Part shown: positions 36,629-50,400 of the stretch, piece by piece | Position numbering within the stretch: position 1 is the stretch's first letter | Layout of the letters: the number at the start of each line of letters is the position of its first letter | Origin: Ramazzottius varieornatus | Lineage: Eukaryota; Animalia; Tardigrada | Direction: 5' to 3' | Assembly (NCBI GenBank): GCA_001949185.1 | Contig: BDGG01000011.1 | Location: 1,169,005-1,233,004 of the forward strand | Length of the DNA: 64,000 nucleotides | Translations under genes and position numbers: made by a program | The notes under the pieces: generated by a model | Seen by the model: the letters and a program-made list of their open reading frames with translations, nothing else | Told to the model about the DNA's origin: nothing | The model's database searches: none

Positions 36629-37168
36629 ATGGCTTCACCGAGCCTGTTTGCTTTGGTGCAGCTAATCTTCCAGATTGCACATAGAAATGGTACGGCCATG
36701 ACAACCCATTCGGCCTGTGATTTTTTTCTCGGCTTCTTTCTGAAATGTGGTTGATGTTGTATCGTTTGACAGTGCTGGCACTGCACTGCTATCAGTGTGA
36801 CTCGGAACTTCAGCCATCCTGTTCGTCGTCGAATGTTGATGCCCTGAATCAGTACTTGATCGACTGCGCCAACTTAGCCACATCAACAGAATGCGTCAAA
36901 ACCTTCAGCGGCGCCCCAGGTCAGCTCGGAAAAGCTCCTGCCTATAGGTGCAAGAGTACACTACTACAATAAATTTTTATTTAACGTAGATAAAATTGCA
37001 CGAGGTTGTTTTTCTTCGCCGTCGGCCACGCCGGAAATGGGATGTCGAACTGCAGACGGCATCACTGTCTGCGTCTGCAATTCGGACCACTGCAATGCAG
37101 CTAATCCTCAGGGTCCACACAAACTCTCGCCATTGCTTCTTACGCTGTTATTTCTTGGCTTACGATAA
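36629..37168 (+). CDS. Ly6/uPAR three-finger protein, probably GPI-anchored. Exons 36629-36689, 36773-36919, 36990-37168
   Basis: LALHCYQCDS..C..DC..CVK..IARGC..GC..VCVCNSDHCN and a hydrophobic tail; phase-1 introns. Confidence 0.88.
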
Positions 37169-38029
37169 ACTGACACAGTACGATCCGATCTGGCTGATTC
37201 AGCCAGACGTTTTCGATCGCTAGCTACTTCGTCTACAGGCTCGGCAATTTTATCCACTTCTGGTTTTCAAAACAGCGCGACGGCCCACAGATTAGCGTTG
37301 TTTAGTGTAACGGCTGACTTCTATTGCGCCGACATGCATGGCTGTTAGGCCAAAGGCGGCAAACTCGCCCTAGATTGCGGCTTTGCCGCTGAAACTGCTG
37401 ACGGAAGGCCAAACTTTACATCAGAGTTCACAAGCGATATAGCCGATTGAAAAAGAGTTCAAACCGGTTCCACACACCACGTGCAGAAAAGTTTTGACGA
37501 GATCAGGCAGGATCGATAAATGTGATAAATTTTCTAAGCTTCGTCTTTGATCGTAAAACATTGTCTCGAAGGCGTAGTCACCAGTGTTAGATTTTGAAGT
37601 GGCTCAGTGGCAGAAGTTTGATTGCCTTATTGCGTGCTCGTGGCATATACTGCAGCGATACAAGGAAGCAACTTTCGCCTGCGTAATTATAGCTTGCGGA
37701 CGAGTTGAAAGAAGTCATTGATGGTCCGTCTTGAAGCCCAGCTTCAGGAAGATCTTTAGAGTGTACCATCCCGATTACGACAAGCTGCAAGATCGCGCTA
37801 CGGAAGAGACAGTGAGAACAGCGAGGCCGATCACGAGGAATTTTATTTTGAGCGCGGTTATATCACAACCGACGAGTACTTGCAGCCATCATCTTCAGCT
37901 GTCTCTTTCTTTCTCCGGCTGTAATTTGTCCTGGGGTTCTTTGACAGCTTACGGAGCACTGCTTGTTGACAAAGACGAGTCTTCCTTATTTCTATTTATT
38001 CTCTGTTCGGTATATCGCGCCCAACCACA

Positions 38030-38814
38030 ATGTGGCAGCCAGATTATGTCACGTTCTGCGTCAGCGCACTATTTTCCTTGCTCCTCTCGACAGGTAAATT
38101 TTCTGTGCTCCAAACATGGCTAATCGTAAGCGAATAGTGGAAAACAACAGTTCGAAAATCGTGTAGTGAAGCCTGGAAGGCGCAATGTCCAAGATCGTCG
38201 TTTAAGTGGCGCACGCTTGTCGCCGATTAAATTGAATACGTGCGCCACTTGATACGAAGCTGCTGTCCGTCTCGTTTGCCGGCCTCTCCTACAATGCGTA
38301 AGTTGAACAAGATGGCGCATTGACCATTATGCCTTTTGATTTGCAGCGAACGCATTAAGGTGTTACAGCTGCAATAGCAACGAGCACCATACCTGTGTCG
38401 ACCTGTCGGAACGCTGCACCTTCAACATTGACTGCCGCGCCGACTTCATCGCTCAGTGCAGCGACGTACAAAATTCTTGTGCAGTCACCTATGGTCCAAA
38501 CAGTAAGTTGTCGATCGAAAGTCTTGAATAGGTTCCAAACCCATAATTAACGGCTGAATGAGGCAGTCAAATGGCTGTTTCGTAATTTTTTGCGGTGTGT
38601 TTATGCAGACCAAGTATGGCGTGGGTGCTACAGCGAGCCGCGCATAAAGACTATATCCAATGATCAAGACTGCTCGCGAACGACGTCAGATGGCACTCGA
38701 GTCTGCTTGTGCCAAGTTGACATGTGCAACACATCTTCTCGGTTTCACCAAATACCTTCGATTTCGGTCTTATGCGTACTGATAGTTTCGTCGCTACTGT
38801 GGCGTCAAGTATGA
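38030..38814 (+). CDS. Ly6/uPAR three-finger protein with an extra Cys pair. Exons 38030-38093, 38347-38502, 38609-38814
   Basis: Signal MWQPDYVTFCVSALFSLLLSTANA, LRCYSCNS..., VWRGC..., VCLCQVDMCN and a hydrophobic tail; phase-1 introns. Confidence 0.88.
38204..38251. repeat. Single unit of the intronic palindromic repeat
   Basis: aagtggcgcac-N25-gtgcgccacttg in intron 38094-38346. Confidence 0.8.
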
Positions 38815-40422
38815 AGCCAGAGCATAGCATGCATAGCGTCCAGAGACGACTGCAGTTTATTTCTTGTAGGATAGGTTTCTCGTTACAAAATCTATTGAGT
38901 GGCTCACAACTGTGCATTTTTCGTAGAATTTTATTTCGGTAGAGGTTTCTATATGAGGAGCACTGTAACTCGTTTAACATACCGCAAATATATTGATCAA
39001 ACCCCGAGAAGATTCGTTTCTCGAGCTTGCCACCAATCGCGGCAACAAAAGCAGATGAAATCTTGATAACCGTTTTGTCAGTAGATTTGATGGTTGCGTC
39101 GGTGGGTGGATACCAACAGAAGTGAAGTTCGGAAATGTGATGCCTGATCAGAGCCGACGACCGACAAGGCTCCAAGCGTGGGGGGTTCTCAATCTTGCAG
39201 ATGTTGATATACTTGCCCTGGCCATACTCCGCTATGGTTAACTAGGGCGCTTATTCGAGAACTTCGGTGGGCACCACAAGTTGAGTTCCACTGCGGTAAG
39301 TTGTCGGTGATCCAAGTGGCATTCAGCTTAGTTCATAACCCTCGCTTGCCAAATGCATCAGTCTGGCCTACAATAATTGTCATTGGCCGAATTCATTTTC
39401 CTGGTATCAAATCCATCCACCCATCTACTGTCCTTGCACGACGTCGACTAGGTTTCGTCTCCCATCCGGTCGAACAACTCCGGTAGGTCGGCTACCGCGG
39501 GTCGAAACTGGCCGAGCTCAGCTCACAAACAGAACATCCCCTGTAACATACAATAGTCTTGAGGAAGACGACGAGCAATGTCCAGAGCCTGACACATCAT
39601 CAGAACTGGCAGATGGTTTTCAGCAGCGGGGGACAATGAGAAGTTTGAGAGACTAGAGAATACGTTAGCCAAAGCACGAAGAACTTCAGAAGTGAACACT
39701 TTCTGGAGATTTGACTAACTGGCTTTCTGAGTTTCAATTCCTACGAAAATTATCGCTATGCGGATCCGCTGGCAAACTGCCGTTGCCGCTCCGCAATGTT
39801 TTGCGGAGCAAACTAGGCTCGACGGAATCTCACGTCTGATATTCGCTGGACGGCTAGATAACGAAGCGGCGGTATACCATCCATGTGCCTGGTTTCGCGC
39901 TCAACTAGGGACTGCGATACTGCGAATCCGTAATTTGCAACCCGAGTCTCCGCGTCGACCCCGGGGAAGCTTTCTGTAGAAGGGTCTGAAACCTCTTCTT
40001 CTTTCCTTTTTCATGTGATCTTACCTTCTGCTTGGTGTCGACAATCCTAAGCTTGATTAGCGATCGTTCCTCTTGGCGCTGCTGTCATTAATCTTCTCAG
40101 CAGCTCACTGGCTGTACTGCACAGTATCATTGGGTGTTGCAAGTTGCGACTAGCGAATCTTCGTCGGAACACAGCCTCGATCAAGAGAAATAAAGCAGGT
40201 AAGCATGACCAACGTTTCTAATGGACAGTATAGAAATATCAAAATTTATCTCAAATTTGTCTCTGAGATGTTGTCGTTTACCCTTTGCGCGCAGAAAAGA
40301 ATGGTGAAATACAGTGGGAAAAAATATGTCTTGTTTATTTCTGCAGGCCGAACGAAACCTGGCGATAGCCGGAACTGGGTCTGCAGTGGGTCCCCGAAAG
40401 CAGGCAGGAACCCCCGTACATA

Positions 40423-41006
40423 ATGGAGCCCATGGTGAAGGATTGGTCTCCCGAACATGTCAACGTAAGGCCATCGACATTTTAAATTGCTGTCGGTTTG
40501 AGGGAGATTTGTGTGCACGTCATGAAAGCTCTTTCTTTCTAGGTTGAGTTTACGGATACCTTCCTGATCTCGGCGAAGAACCTGGATGAGGAAGTTTCGG
40601 TGAGTTTCGGTTGACATCTTTCGAACAGTTCTGATTGTCTCCATATTTCGAGTTCAACATTTTGGACCTGGTTAACTTGCAGTGTCCTTACAACTTGGTT
40701 CACCGCGTTTCACTCGTCGACCTAAAGCTGCACTTGGCTCGTTGCCCTTCCGAAAAGAAAGCCATACAGCAATGTCAGTTCAACCAGCATCACTGGTTTC
40801 CTGTCGAGGACGCTCAAGACTTCATCCATCATTGCGTATGCCCCAACAACCCAGGAAAGTATGATGTTCTCCAGAAGCTCTCGTCCGATCTCCTGATGAC
40901 TCCCTTGGCAATTGCATGTGCGGAAGTCGTACAGAATGGTCCTCGCGAGGACAGGTTCTTGTCACACTATACCTGGAGATACCTTCACCGAGATTACTTA
41001 TCATAA
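40423..41006 (+). CDS. Tandem CHHC (U11-48K-type) zinc-finger protein, GTSF1/Asterix-like. Exons ~40423-40464, 40543-40599, 40683-41006 (or spliced at ~40953 to 41100-41196)
   Basis: CPYNLVHRVSLVDLKLHLARC is followed by a second, divergent finger CQFNQHHWFP..FIHHCVCP; in-frame phase-0 upstream exons. Start and end uncertain. Confidence 0.7.
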
Positions 41007-44000
41007 AAATATTGGCGAAGGTACTTTGGTTTATTTTTGTACTGTAGAATGAGGAAAAATGAATTGACAGTTTTTGCTCGCCAGTTTTCGCTTCGCTAGA
41101 TTTCATCGAGAACGAGCGGTCTTCCTGACTCGCAAAGCGGTTATCGCCGCGGCGAACAAATCCAACCTTCCTGGTCTGGCAGATATGTTCCTGTAGTGTG
41201 GCCACTTGCTCTTTCGTGTCTTAGTGCGTTTGACAGAAACCGAACCCAAAGGGCTGGAAAGAAAAACACCATGATGTAAACTGTCATACTGTATAGTGCA
41301 GCGAACGTTTCTCGTCGGCAATGTACGCATGTCTACTTTTGTTGCTGAAAAATGTTGTGGTGGATAATAGACACGTTTACGTCTTAGAGTTTAGGAATCC
41401 GCGGAACAATCTGATGAAAGATGTGAGAGAGCCACATCCAGTCAGTGCCCTAGCATTTCTCGATGGTGATATGCTGACTTCGCTTCAATGTGTTGCCCTT
41501 CTACTGATAGGTTCTTCCTGAGGAAGAGCAACATGTTGCACCTGACTCTCGGAAGCTCCTGACATGTTAGGAAAACTCTTAATCGAATCTTAGGTTTTTT
41601 CTCGTGGACATTGGACAGTGGTATTTTCATTGGGACGGGTTATACGAAACAGACAGAAAACCACATCAGCTGCGCATGCCTCTTGCGTTTTCTTTATCTT
41701 GTTGAACGAAGATGGGCGATTTCCAGCAGCTGAACTTGACCGATGGATATCCGTATAAGCCGGTAGCATATTAGATTCCGGAGGTGGGTCAAGGAGCACG
41801 AGCGCGCTACGCACCTGGCCTGACGCCTTGTATATCCAGCCACGCGTGCCTCCAAAGAAGAATCATAATTACTAGTAAAGCACAAGGCCACGAAAAAACC
41901 TAATTGGCCTTTCTTCAGATAGCGAGAAAGAGATAGCAGCAGGCCAGACGATGCATATGGAAATGATTTATGAATATTACTAGTCCATTGTCTCTGCTGG
42001 TTGGCCTTAATACCATTGAGGATAGAACACACGGCAGGCTTGACCCACTGAACGCCATCAATCTATTAATCACCCATCAATCGCCAGCATGAATATCCGT
42101 CCGGATAATTAAGGATATGAAGCAACAGACACCCTACCGGACTTCTTTTGTTCTTCAGGTAGTCCTCATTGCGCGCTCGCCGGCTGCCATTGGAGCTTCC
42201 TGCTTATCGTTTAGCATGACAGTGCTAGATTTAATGCTGATTGATGTCGTGGGTTTTTTCTTCTTCTATCTTTCTGTTCGACCTTTCAACCACAGAGAAA
42301 CCGAATTCCATAGTCTGTGATCTAAAAGTTCTTCGTTCGATAAAAATTGTCTGGAAGCTATATGTAATCTGACCCCTTTTTACTATCCATTCGAAATGTC
42401 GAAATAGGTCTTGCCCGGACAGTAGCGGCACAGGAGCGAATGGGCTGACGCATATAGCCGCTGCCTTATTCTACAAGCATCCCAAGCTTTCTGTTCAAAA
42501 TTTGCGCGGCAGTTTAGCATCGGATACCAGATGCGTACACGTACGACGGAAAATCATGGGACGGTAAAAACTATGGGACAGGCGGAAAGGACGGCAAAAT
42601 GAAAATTGGAGCGTTGAAAATGCGAATCTGTGAATCGGCCGCGCACTTAGTTGCTCCCATACCGGCGTAAAAAAGGCCTGTCGCATAATTTTTTACTGTC
42701 CTATATTTTCCCATCGTGCGTGTATGGACGGCGCGATGTCTCATGACGCTGTCCATGGTTTTTTCGAGACAGGAAAATGAAAACCAGCTGTTGCGCGTGG
42801 CACAAATAATCAAACAGAAGTCGCGAGCAACAGTTGTCATCCGTTCCAAGACGCGCCTGTCATGGCTGAAGCACAGCATCGTTCCAGCTTTCCTCATATC
42901 TAATTACAGAATTAGGCAAAGAAAAAGTCCGATCGATCCCCAAGCTGCTCAGACAAAAGCCGCCTTTCCCCTCAAAGAACAGACGCTTCCTTAAGCCTCA
43001 TGCGTAAAAATAACGAGCAACAGGCTGTTCCTCCTTCCATCCATACACGCGCAGCTGTCGCTCTGCACCATAGACGCTCTTGAACGACGGACACGCGCCT
43101 GATCGCCCTTCTTCCCTTTCCTACTTCCCCTTCATTCATTCATTCATTCACTCATTTATCCATCGGCATGAAGGGAAGGTAAGACATGCATCAGCTGGAA
43201 TAATGGATGGATGGTTAACAAGTGGTCGAAGGGTAAATCTAGACAGGAAGGAAGCAGGAAATTATACTTTCACGAGCCTCACACCTGTCCCTCGTCTACT
43301 CAGTGCTTCGTATCTGGATGCAAGAAGGAGCAGCAGGTCGCTGGCTGGCTGCATTAACCGTCCACCTTTCATTGCTAAGGAAAGGGGAATTGAAGGGGCA
43401 TTGAGCGATGACATGCGGGGTTATCAACAGCCCGCAAACTTTCGGCTAATCACCTCCATATCTCTTCATTCTCCCGTACATCCACAACTGTCACTCCTCC
43501 ATCCAGCCTACCTTTCTTTATCGACGACAACTCTCTTCCAAGAAGTACGGTCGTAAAAATGTATGGACAGATTATATTCTTTTGTAGTCAGCAGGAACGG
43601 ACAACGAGGAAGCGGTTAACATATGGAGGAAAGAAGCCATATTGCACGAGTACTACGTCCACGAAGCTGAATCAACATTGGTAAAAAGAAAAACACATGT
43701 TGCTTTCGTGGTCAAGGCTTTCGAAAACTCAAATCCAAAAGGATAAATGACCTACTCCATTCGGCATACATACCTCAGCGAGAACGAGACCAAGGCTCGA
43801 TAGGTGGAAACTTTCGGCAGTGGCGCACTGAGTACCAGCACAGTAACAGCTTCCACTTGACCACTTTTCGACAGGTTTTGATATGAACTGAAAACATGGT
43901 GGTCGAACCAAAAGAAGTTCCGTTGATACGTCGAAATGGCCGATGCGAAGGTGTGTTTATGTTTGTGGACATTTGAGGATATGGGAACAATTAGCTAGTG

Positions 44001-44712
44001 TACTCATTGAAAATGGCTGTGTCAATCTGATGTTAATTGAAATTTCATTGCAATCGCCTTTCCACAATTAAAGCATCCGCTCATTTAACTGTGCATACTC
44101 AGAGCAAGAGTCTTGTTAGAATGACTGGACAGCGGTCAGTAAGGCGGCTGCCTTCATTTGGGAAAGGAACGGTCAATGCAGCTGTTACATGTGCTGGAGC
44201 AGTCGGACTTTGCCCACGTTCATTCATCCATTCTTCTTCCTGCATTCATTCATTCTTGTGCAAAGTCGGCTGAGACGTTACAGGCGTTACGGTCACTTGC
44301 AAGTTCAAAGTAGAAGAATTCGGAAATGAAGTACAGTGTGAGAAAAGGAACAAAAGACCACCACGGAAGTATTTTAAAAGACAATTACAGTGTTTAGTCA
44401 CATGCATCAGGGATATAATATGGAGGTCCATTCTTAAAAGTCGCCCACCTTTACCGGCTGCAATCTTCAATTTAGCCAAACAATTCTTTCCTCATTTGAA
44501 CAGTTGCCTGCCCACTTCGGGAATTTTAGAAAGGTAAACGACCGCCAGAAATTCTAAAAAGTTCTTTCCTTCCGAACCGTTATCCGTCAAACGGCCAATC
44601 AACCAAGGATTTTTGGTTATCGGGTCCGATAGTTAAACGTGCTAATAAGTTTCCCGACCAATCCGGATCATTCACGCGATTTTCTACGAGTTATTCAAAA
44701 AAGTTGTTAACG

Positions 44713-45242
44713 TAACACTTCCAGCACGATCGTTTTCATGTTTGCAGAATACCACCGTCCACTTTGTGTATACAGGAATTTTATTGGCTGGTACCGTGTT
44801 GCGGAGGCTGGTCCAACTAATACGCAATTTTCGAAATTTCAAAATTCGGATAATTGGCAGGACATGAACGCCAAATCTCAAAAGGGAGAACTGGTCGTCG
44901 TGATTTTCTGCTGACCGCACTGATGACTAAAGAATTTATCCCAGGCTCGACTTCGATAGATAAAACTGTCCCCAGTGCTCCAGTTTTTTTCTAAGGGAAT
45001 ACCGTGCACGTGTCTCGCGCGAAGAGACGAATACCAAATTTCGCCAAAACCACCCGAAACCGTAGAAAAAATTTCTAGCGTACTGGGGTTTTGCTGACCG
45101 CTGGTCATTAGTGTTGCTTTGGTGAGAAGACCGAGATACATGCAAACAACAAGACCCAGACCCGAATGACCAAAAGCTAAAACTGGGAGGTGAATAAAAC
45201 TGAGTGATTGTATACACAAAGAGGACGGTCGTACGCATAGTG
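44713..45242. mobile_element. Possible decayed non-autonomous TTAA-type (piggyBac-like) element
   Basis: accgtccactttgtgtataca (~44753) is inverted to tgtatacacaaagaggacggt (~45209); right end ...catagtg|TTAA; left end only partly matches. Confidence 0.35.
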
Positions 45243-47450
45243 TTAAACTAACAATTTCGGAAACTATAACGTCTGGAAAACGTAGGGCGTACTGAATGCT
45301 GCAAAATCTGAAAAAGTCTGGAATGAACCTTCCTCGAGTGACATTTGATACTCGGTAAAACTTAATTTTGTCGGTGAAAGATATTTTACCTATCGGTGCT
45401 TAATCCCTTTAGGAAGTTTAAAGCGGCACTTGTCGAAAGATGGATAATTTACTTATAAAGTTAGCCCAATGGTGGCAAAGTGGCCATCAGTCAGCGTTTG
45501 GTCAACAGGCTGATGAGCTCTCTGGGGCTGCTTGAACGGCTGATGGACAGTGGTCGGCGCGTGGCTGCACCTTCCAGCCGTTCTTCATCTCCGCCTGACT
45601 GCGCTATCTGTATCAGCGAAAAGAAAGAGCGAACAACATGTGGTTGCTGTCTAGTGTAGGCCCATCTTCCCCACGCTGCACGAGCACAGGTCTCAAATGA
45701 CAACAGCAGGTGAGCCTTCTCCACGTCTTCATTGACACGTCCCGTCTTTGACCACTTATTCGACCATCACACTGGCCAGCAGACGGCCATTATCGGTTAC
45801 GGACAGCTCGAACCGTGGCACATTCCCAACACCAGTTGCTATTTTGTTCTGCCTTGTGCCCGCGGCAGCCAAAATGGAAATCCAATGTTACTAAACTTGA
45901 AGAAATGAAACAGTTGGTCCAAATGTTTAACCGAGACGACAGTCTTGAAAACACAAGAATCTTAGATAGGACATCTCAAGAAGTGGTCATGTTTTGAAAA
46001 CCAACTGCTACTTTTTGTTCTGACCACCTGTCACGCTCATGCCATTAAAACTGCATAGTTAGATTTTTCTCTTTAGACCAGAATCAAACTTGATGACTTC
46101 CTACACTGAAGAAGATGCAATGCTATCTCTCACAGGAAATGTCGTAGAAGAAAGCCAAATTCCAAGCTTTCGCTGGCATCTGAAGTAGTGAATCAAAACT
46201 ACTCGTACGCAACGGACACTATGTTCCTGCAAGGCAATTTTTTCCAGACTAGCGAAGTACAGTAGAATTCCAAATCATCGCTTCGTCGTTTGTTGCGTAA
46301 AGCCAAACTTTTGACAGGTTGCTTGTCAAATACACGCGGCAGGACAATTTATACACCACCCCATATCAGTTGGCCATTATTCCGTAGTGTTTATTTCGGC
46401 AGTGCGGCGCCTCTCTCACTACACGTGTCAGCCATCATAAATTACGCCTAAAATACACTTCGACGCGTCAAACCTTAAAGCTCCACCAACCCATTTACCT
46501 CTGTAAATGTCTTTTCGATAAGGCGATAATTCGCTTATTCCCACTTGTCCATACACCGACACCGCTGTATTAAAATATTCGAAAATTACTGTAAGCCGTT
46601 TACACCCGTACTGACGTCCAGAAGCGCTCCCAGACTAAAGTTTCCCACCCAAAAAATCGAAAATTTCCACATGCTTCTCGTGCAACGTATCTCTAAATTC
46701 TAAAGGATATATTAGTAAGAAAGTAAATTTGATAAAGCAACCCATGAGTTAAAGTTTATCTAAAGTTAGACATGCTGCTAAATTTGACCCAAGCCGTTTT
46801 CATCCATCTTTTTGACCAGTCAAAATTTCTGTCTGGAGTTTTTAGTGTTTTCGACAAGTAGAAGTATGTGTACCGGTCTCTTGGGTGCGTTTACCTACCT
46901 GCATGCTACCTGGAATTATGCAGCGGGACAGTGGCAAGTCTTGTGTCCAAGGTATCCGTCACATTACAAGAGTGTCCATTGAGTGCATGCCCTGGACCGT
47001 GCCCACGCGTTCCGCACCACTTTGCTTGCTTTCGCCTGTTTCGCCTTCCATTGCCTTTTGTGCTAATAACACCGAGCAGGTGTTGCCCACCTTCCCCTTA
47101 TCCAGTACAGTGGCGGGCGGAGCTGCGGCCGTATTGTCGGCAGCTGCGGCGCACTCCATTGGCCGGCGCTTGGCACAAGCACAGATGAACGAGAGATGAA
47201 TCCACAAGTATTCGGCATCGCGCGTCCAGCTGTTGCATTTCGACGTTTCCACCAGCCCACACTTTCATTCGGACATTTTCGCTCCTTCACTCCAACACCA
47301 TTGTCCAACATCGCATTATTTTCCCTATACTGTGTCCACGCGCGAAGCATTCGATCGCCATTTTTATCCCGTATGCTCCGTACGACACCGCATTGAATCA
47401 CTGGACGAAATTTCGTGGAATACGTCGGCGAAGCCAAAACCTTCCCTGCC

Positions 47451-50400
47451 ATGGACCTTACTTCCGTCCTTCTTCTCGTGTCGCTTCCCGCCTTCATCCT
47501 CCAGGTAAGATCTTGTTATGTTTCTATGGAATGACGTACAAAGTACTTGACCCAGTGCGACTTAGTTTTCTCACCCTTTGTCAAGTGTCCGAAGTGTACC
47601 GTTTTGAGGTTAGGTCACGATCGAAACTTTACACGCAATGCACCTTCCCTTCTTGTGTAATATTATCTTGTCCATTCTCCAAAACTGTACTCAAATTACC
47701 GGAGCACATGCTTAAACTGACCATCAGTTCAAGCTTTATGGGAAGAGTTTTCTTCGTTGTTTGAAAAAAAGCTCTCCATTATGCATTGCCTGTAAACGCG
47801 CACAGAAAGACAACCGCGCCTTTCTTCGGTTAATCTTAACGACCACACCTGGCACGTGTCTTTCTATTATCCCGAGTTCAACGTTCATTAAAGCCCACCT
47901 TAAAAAAAAATTGATCTCGTTCGTTTCTAAAAATTTTTGAGGTTATCCGGGTTTGTCTGAGGTAATTCGTTTCAACGAAGCCTGCATAGTCTGCAAATAA
48001 TGGGTCCATTGTTTCAAGTCTGTGTCAACAGGCGATAAATTTTCTCCGTACGCCTTGCATGTTTGCTGCATGTTGAATAACGATCAAACTTCAAGAGTGA
48101 GTCAAGTCAGACACTATGCCAAACTTTGATACAGCTCAATCCGAATTTTGAAATCTCCGGGTAATGATATAGTCTGTTGGTAGCATCCATCAAGCTTATT
48201 CCGTGCCCGGCATGCCGGTTTTGAATGGCAGGTGTCCGATGTCCAGTATGGGCAGTTAATAAGGGCTGATAAGGGCGCTTGCTGAGTGAGATGGACAGTG
48301 GCGTTTGTCCACTTGACGACCATCACAAGCGCGATACTGCCTTGTTGATTCAGCAGTTGATTCGTTTATCGGACTGAAAAATCCCCCGTGTGTTTGACGT
48401 CTCAATGAAATATTGCCGTGTGTATCAAACGACGTCTGTTCCGATTCAGAGCGATACGATAGTCAGTACCAACAACGCCGACGTTTGCTTACACGAGTCA
48501 AATCGAGACGTCGACGTCGTTCTTGCATGTGTTCCTTTTTATCAATTCTACGCCCGATAACAGGTGTTAAAATATGTGCCGACTTTCACGCTGCTTTATT
48601 ATTCATGACGTTGACGCCGAGTCCGGTGCAGTGACCACAGTTGTCCTTAAAAATCGACAAAATGTCATACTATCGAACTCATTGAAAAATTTCGGATATC
48701 CAGGAAAACTATCTGCTCGAAATATCGTAGGAAAACGGGCGTGGGCAGAGAGACAATTTATTGGAAATACTGTAGAAAATTGGCAGATTATAATGTTGCT
48801 ATATTGTAGAAAAAAAGGTGTGGACCACATTACAATGACTTTTTGACGATGCCCCATCAAGACTTGGCTTCAGCCTAGGTCGCGTGGGTCCTTTTGTGTT
48901 CTTGATCCCATCTTGAACACAGCAGGCTCATAAGCTGCCTCTTTCTCAAGATTAAGATGTCCGGAGTTTCGGTGGGTGAATGTCGGTAGGAAGGGAAGTA
49001 CAGCCGAGCCCATAGACTGCAGCCAGTCCATAGTCAAGGTGTTTGGCTGTCCAGCGCCACACCTGTCCATTGTTGTCCTCCATCCTTCTTCCTTATCCCC
49101 TCTCCTGCTACACAATCAAGCATGACAGTCTGCTCAACAGGCTAGTATTTCCCTTCCATTTAGACCGGCAGATGGTATATCGGCCAATGTGATCGCATTT
49201 CCTCGCCGACCCATTGGCAAAAATTCTCTCCTCAGCAGTAGACCAATAAAACCAGGCGGAAAAAGAAAAAATCGGACATAAATTCAAATCTTAATGGTCG
49301 TAAACATTATTTCGGGTGGTCGTTGTCGCAAGTCCTACCGTACCATAACAATGCCACCGTCAGAGTACGCCCCGTAATAGCCGTAACGTGAGATCGTAAA
49401 TATTTCCCGCACATTTTTTCTGCCTGCCTGCCTTTGTACGCATCGTTCTTCCTTTCTCACAGCTCCATTACCCCTTTTTTTGCTTGTGGTTCTATAGATG
49501 TCGGTGGAGGCGTCGGGCGTGTTTGAGCTCCGGCTGGAACGATTTGAGCCTGACCATTTGACGGCAGACCGGACCGGAGGCTGTTGTCGGAACCAAGCCG
49601 GGCTGTGCACCGACGAATGCACCGTCTACTTCCGCATTTGCTTGAAACATTACCAGACCGACATCACATCTGACGGGCCGTGCACCTTTGGAGAGTTCCA
49701 GACGCCAGTTCTGACTGGCAGCGATAGCCTTGATACCTTTGCCAACATGCAACGCATCCCGTTCAACTTCACGTGGCCGGTAAGTAAAATTCCATAATTC
49801 TGTTCAACCCGGTTCAAAAAGCAGTGGTCAGTTCCGCGCTATTTCCACGTTGGTCAGACGTTGAGATAGCGTGGCATTGTCGAATAATTTCTAACCGGGC
49901 AGAAGCTTTTTTTCATGGCGTGTCCAAAGTCACTCTCCTTCAGTTTCCTCCTCCCTTTTTGCCTCCCTTCTACCTGTTTTACATTGAATAATAATATGCA
50001 TTGGAGCATGGGCTGATTAGGCTGGGTGTAATGGTGACAGGCACTGCGCCACGCCTCAGTAGATTTTCTCATGCCGAAAGGAAGGGATCCGCACCGGCGT
50101 TTATGGGTGTCTTCAGAGCTGTCATGTCTTCCCTGGATGCACGATGCGGTATTGAATATTGTCGACTGTAAAAGCAGCTTCTTCTGACAAGTTGAAACAG
50201 AAGCACCCACTGTACCGATTTATCTCCTCATCCGGTTGTCAGCTTTATAACTTCCTCTAGCCTGACATGTTTCTTCCTCCATGAAATCTTTTACGCAAAC
50301 ATTTTCGGGTCCATGGCTAAATATTTAGAAACAAATCTATCTTATTTGCGGTAAAAAACCGTAATAAAATCCAGCACTTGCGAGGCCATATTATTGTCTC

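Noticed and set aside
46868-47508. Several overlapping ORFs upstream of Delta
   Set aside because: Better explained as GC-rich promoter/5' UTR; only 47451-47504 fits as the signal-peptide exon.
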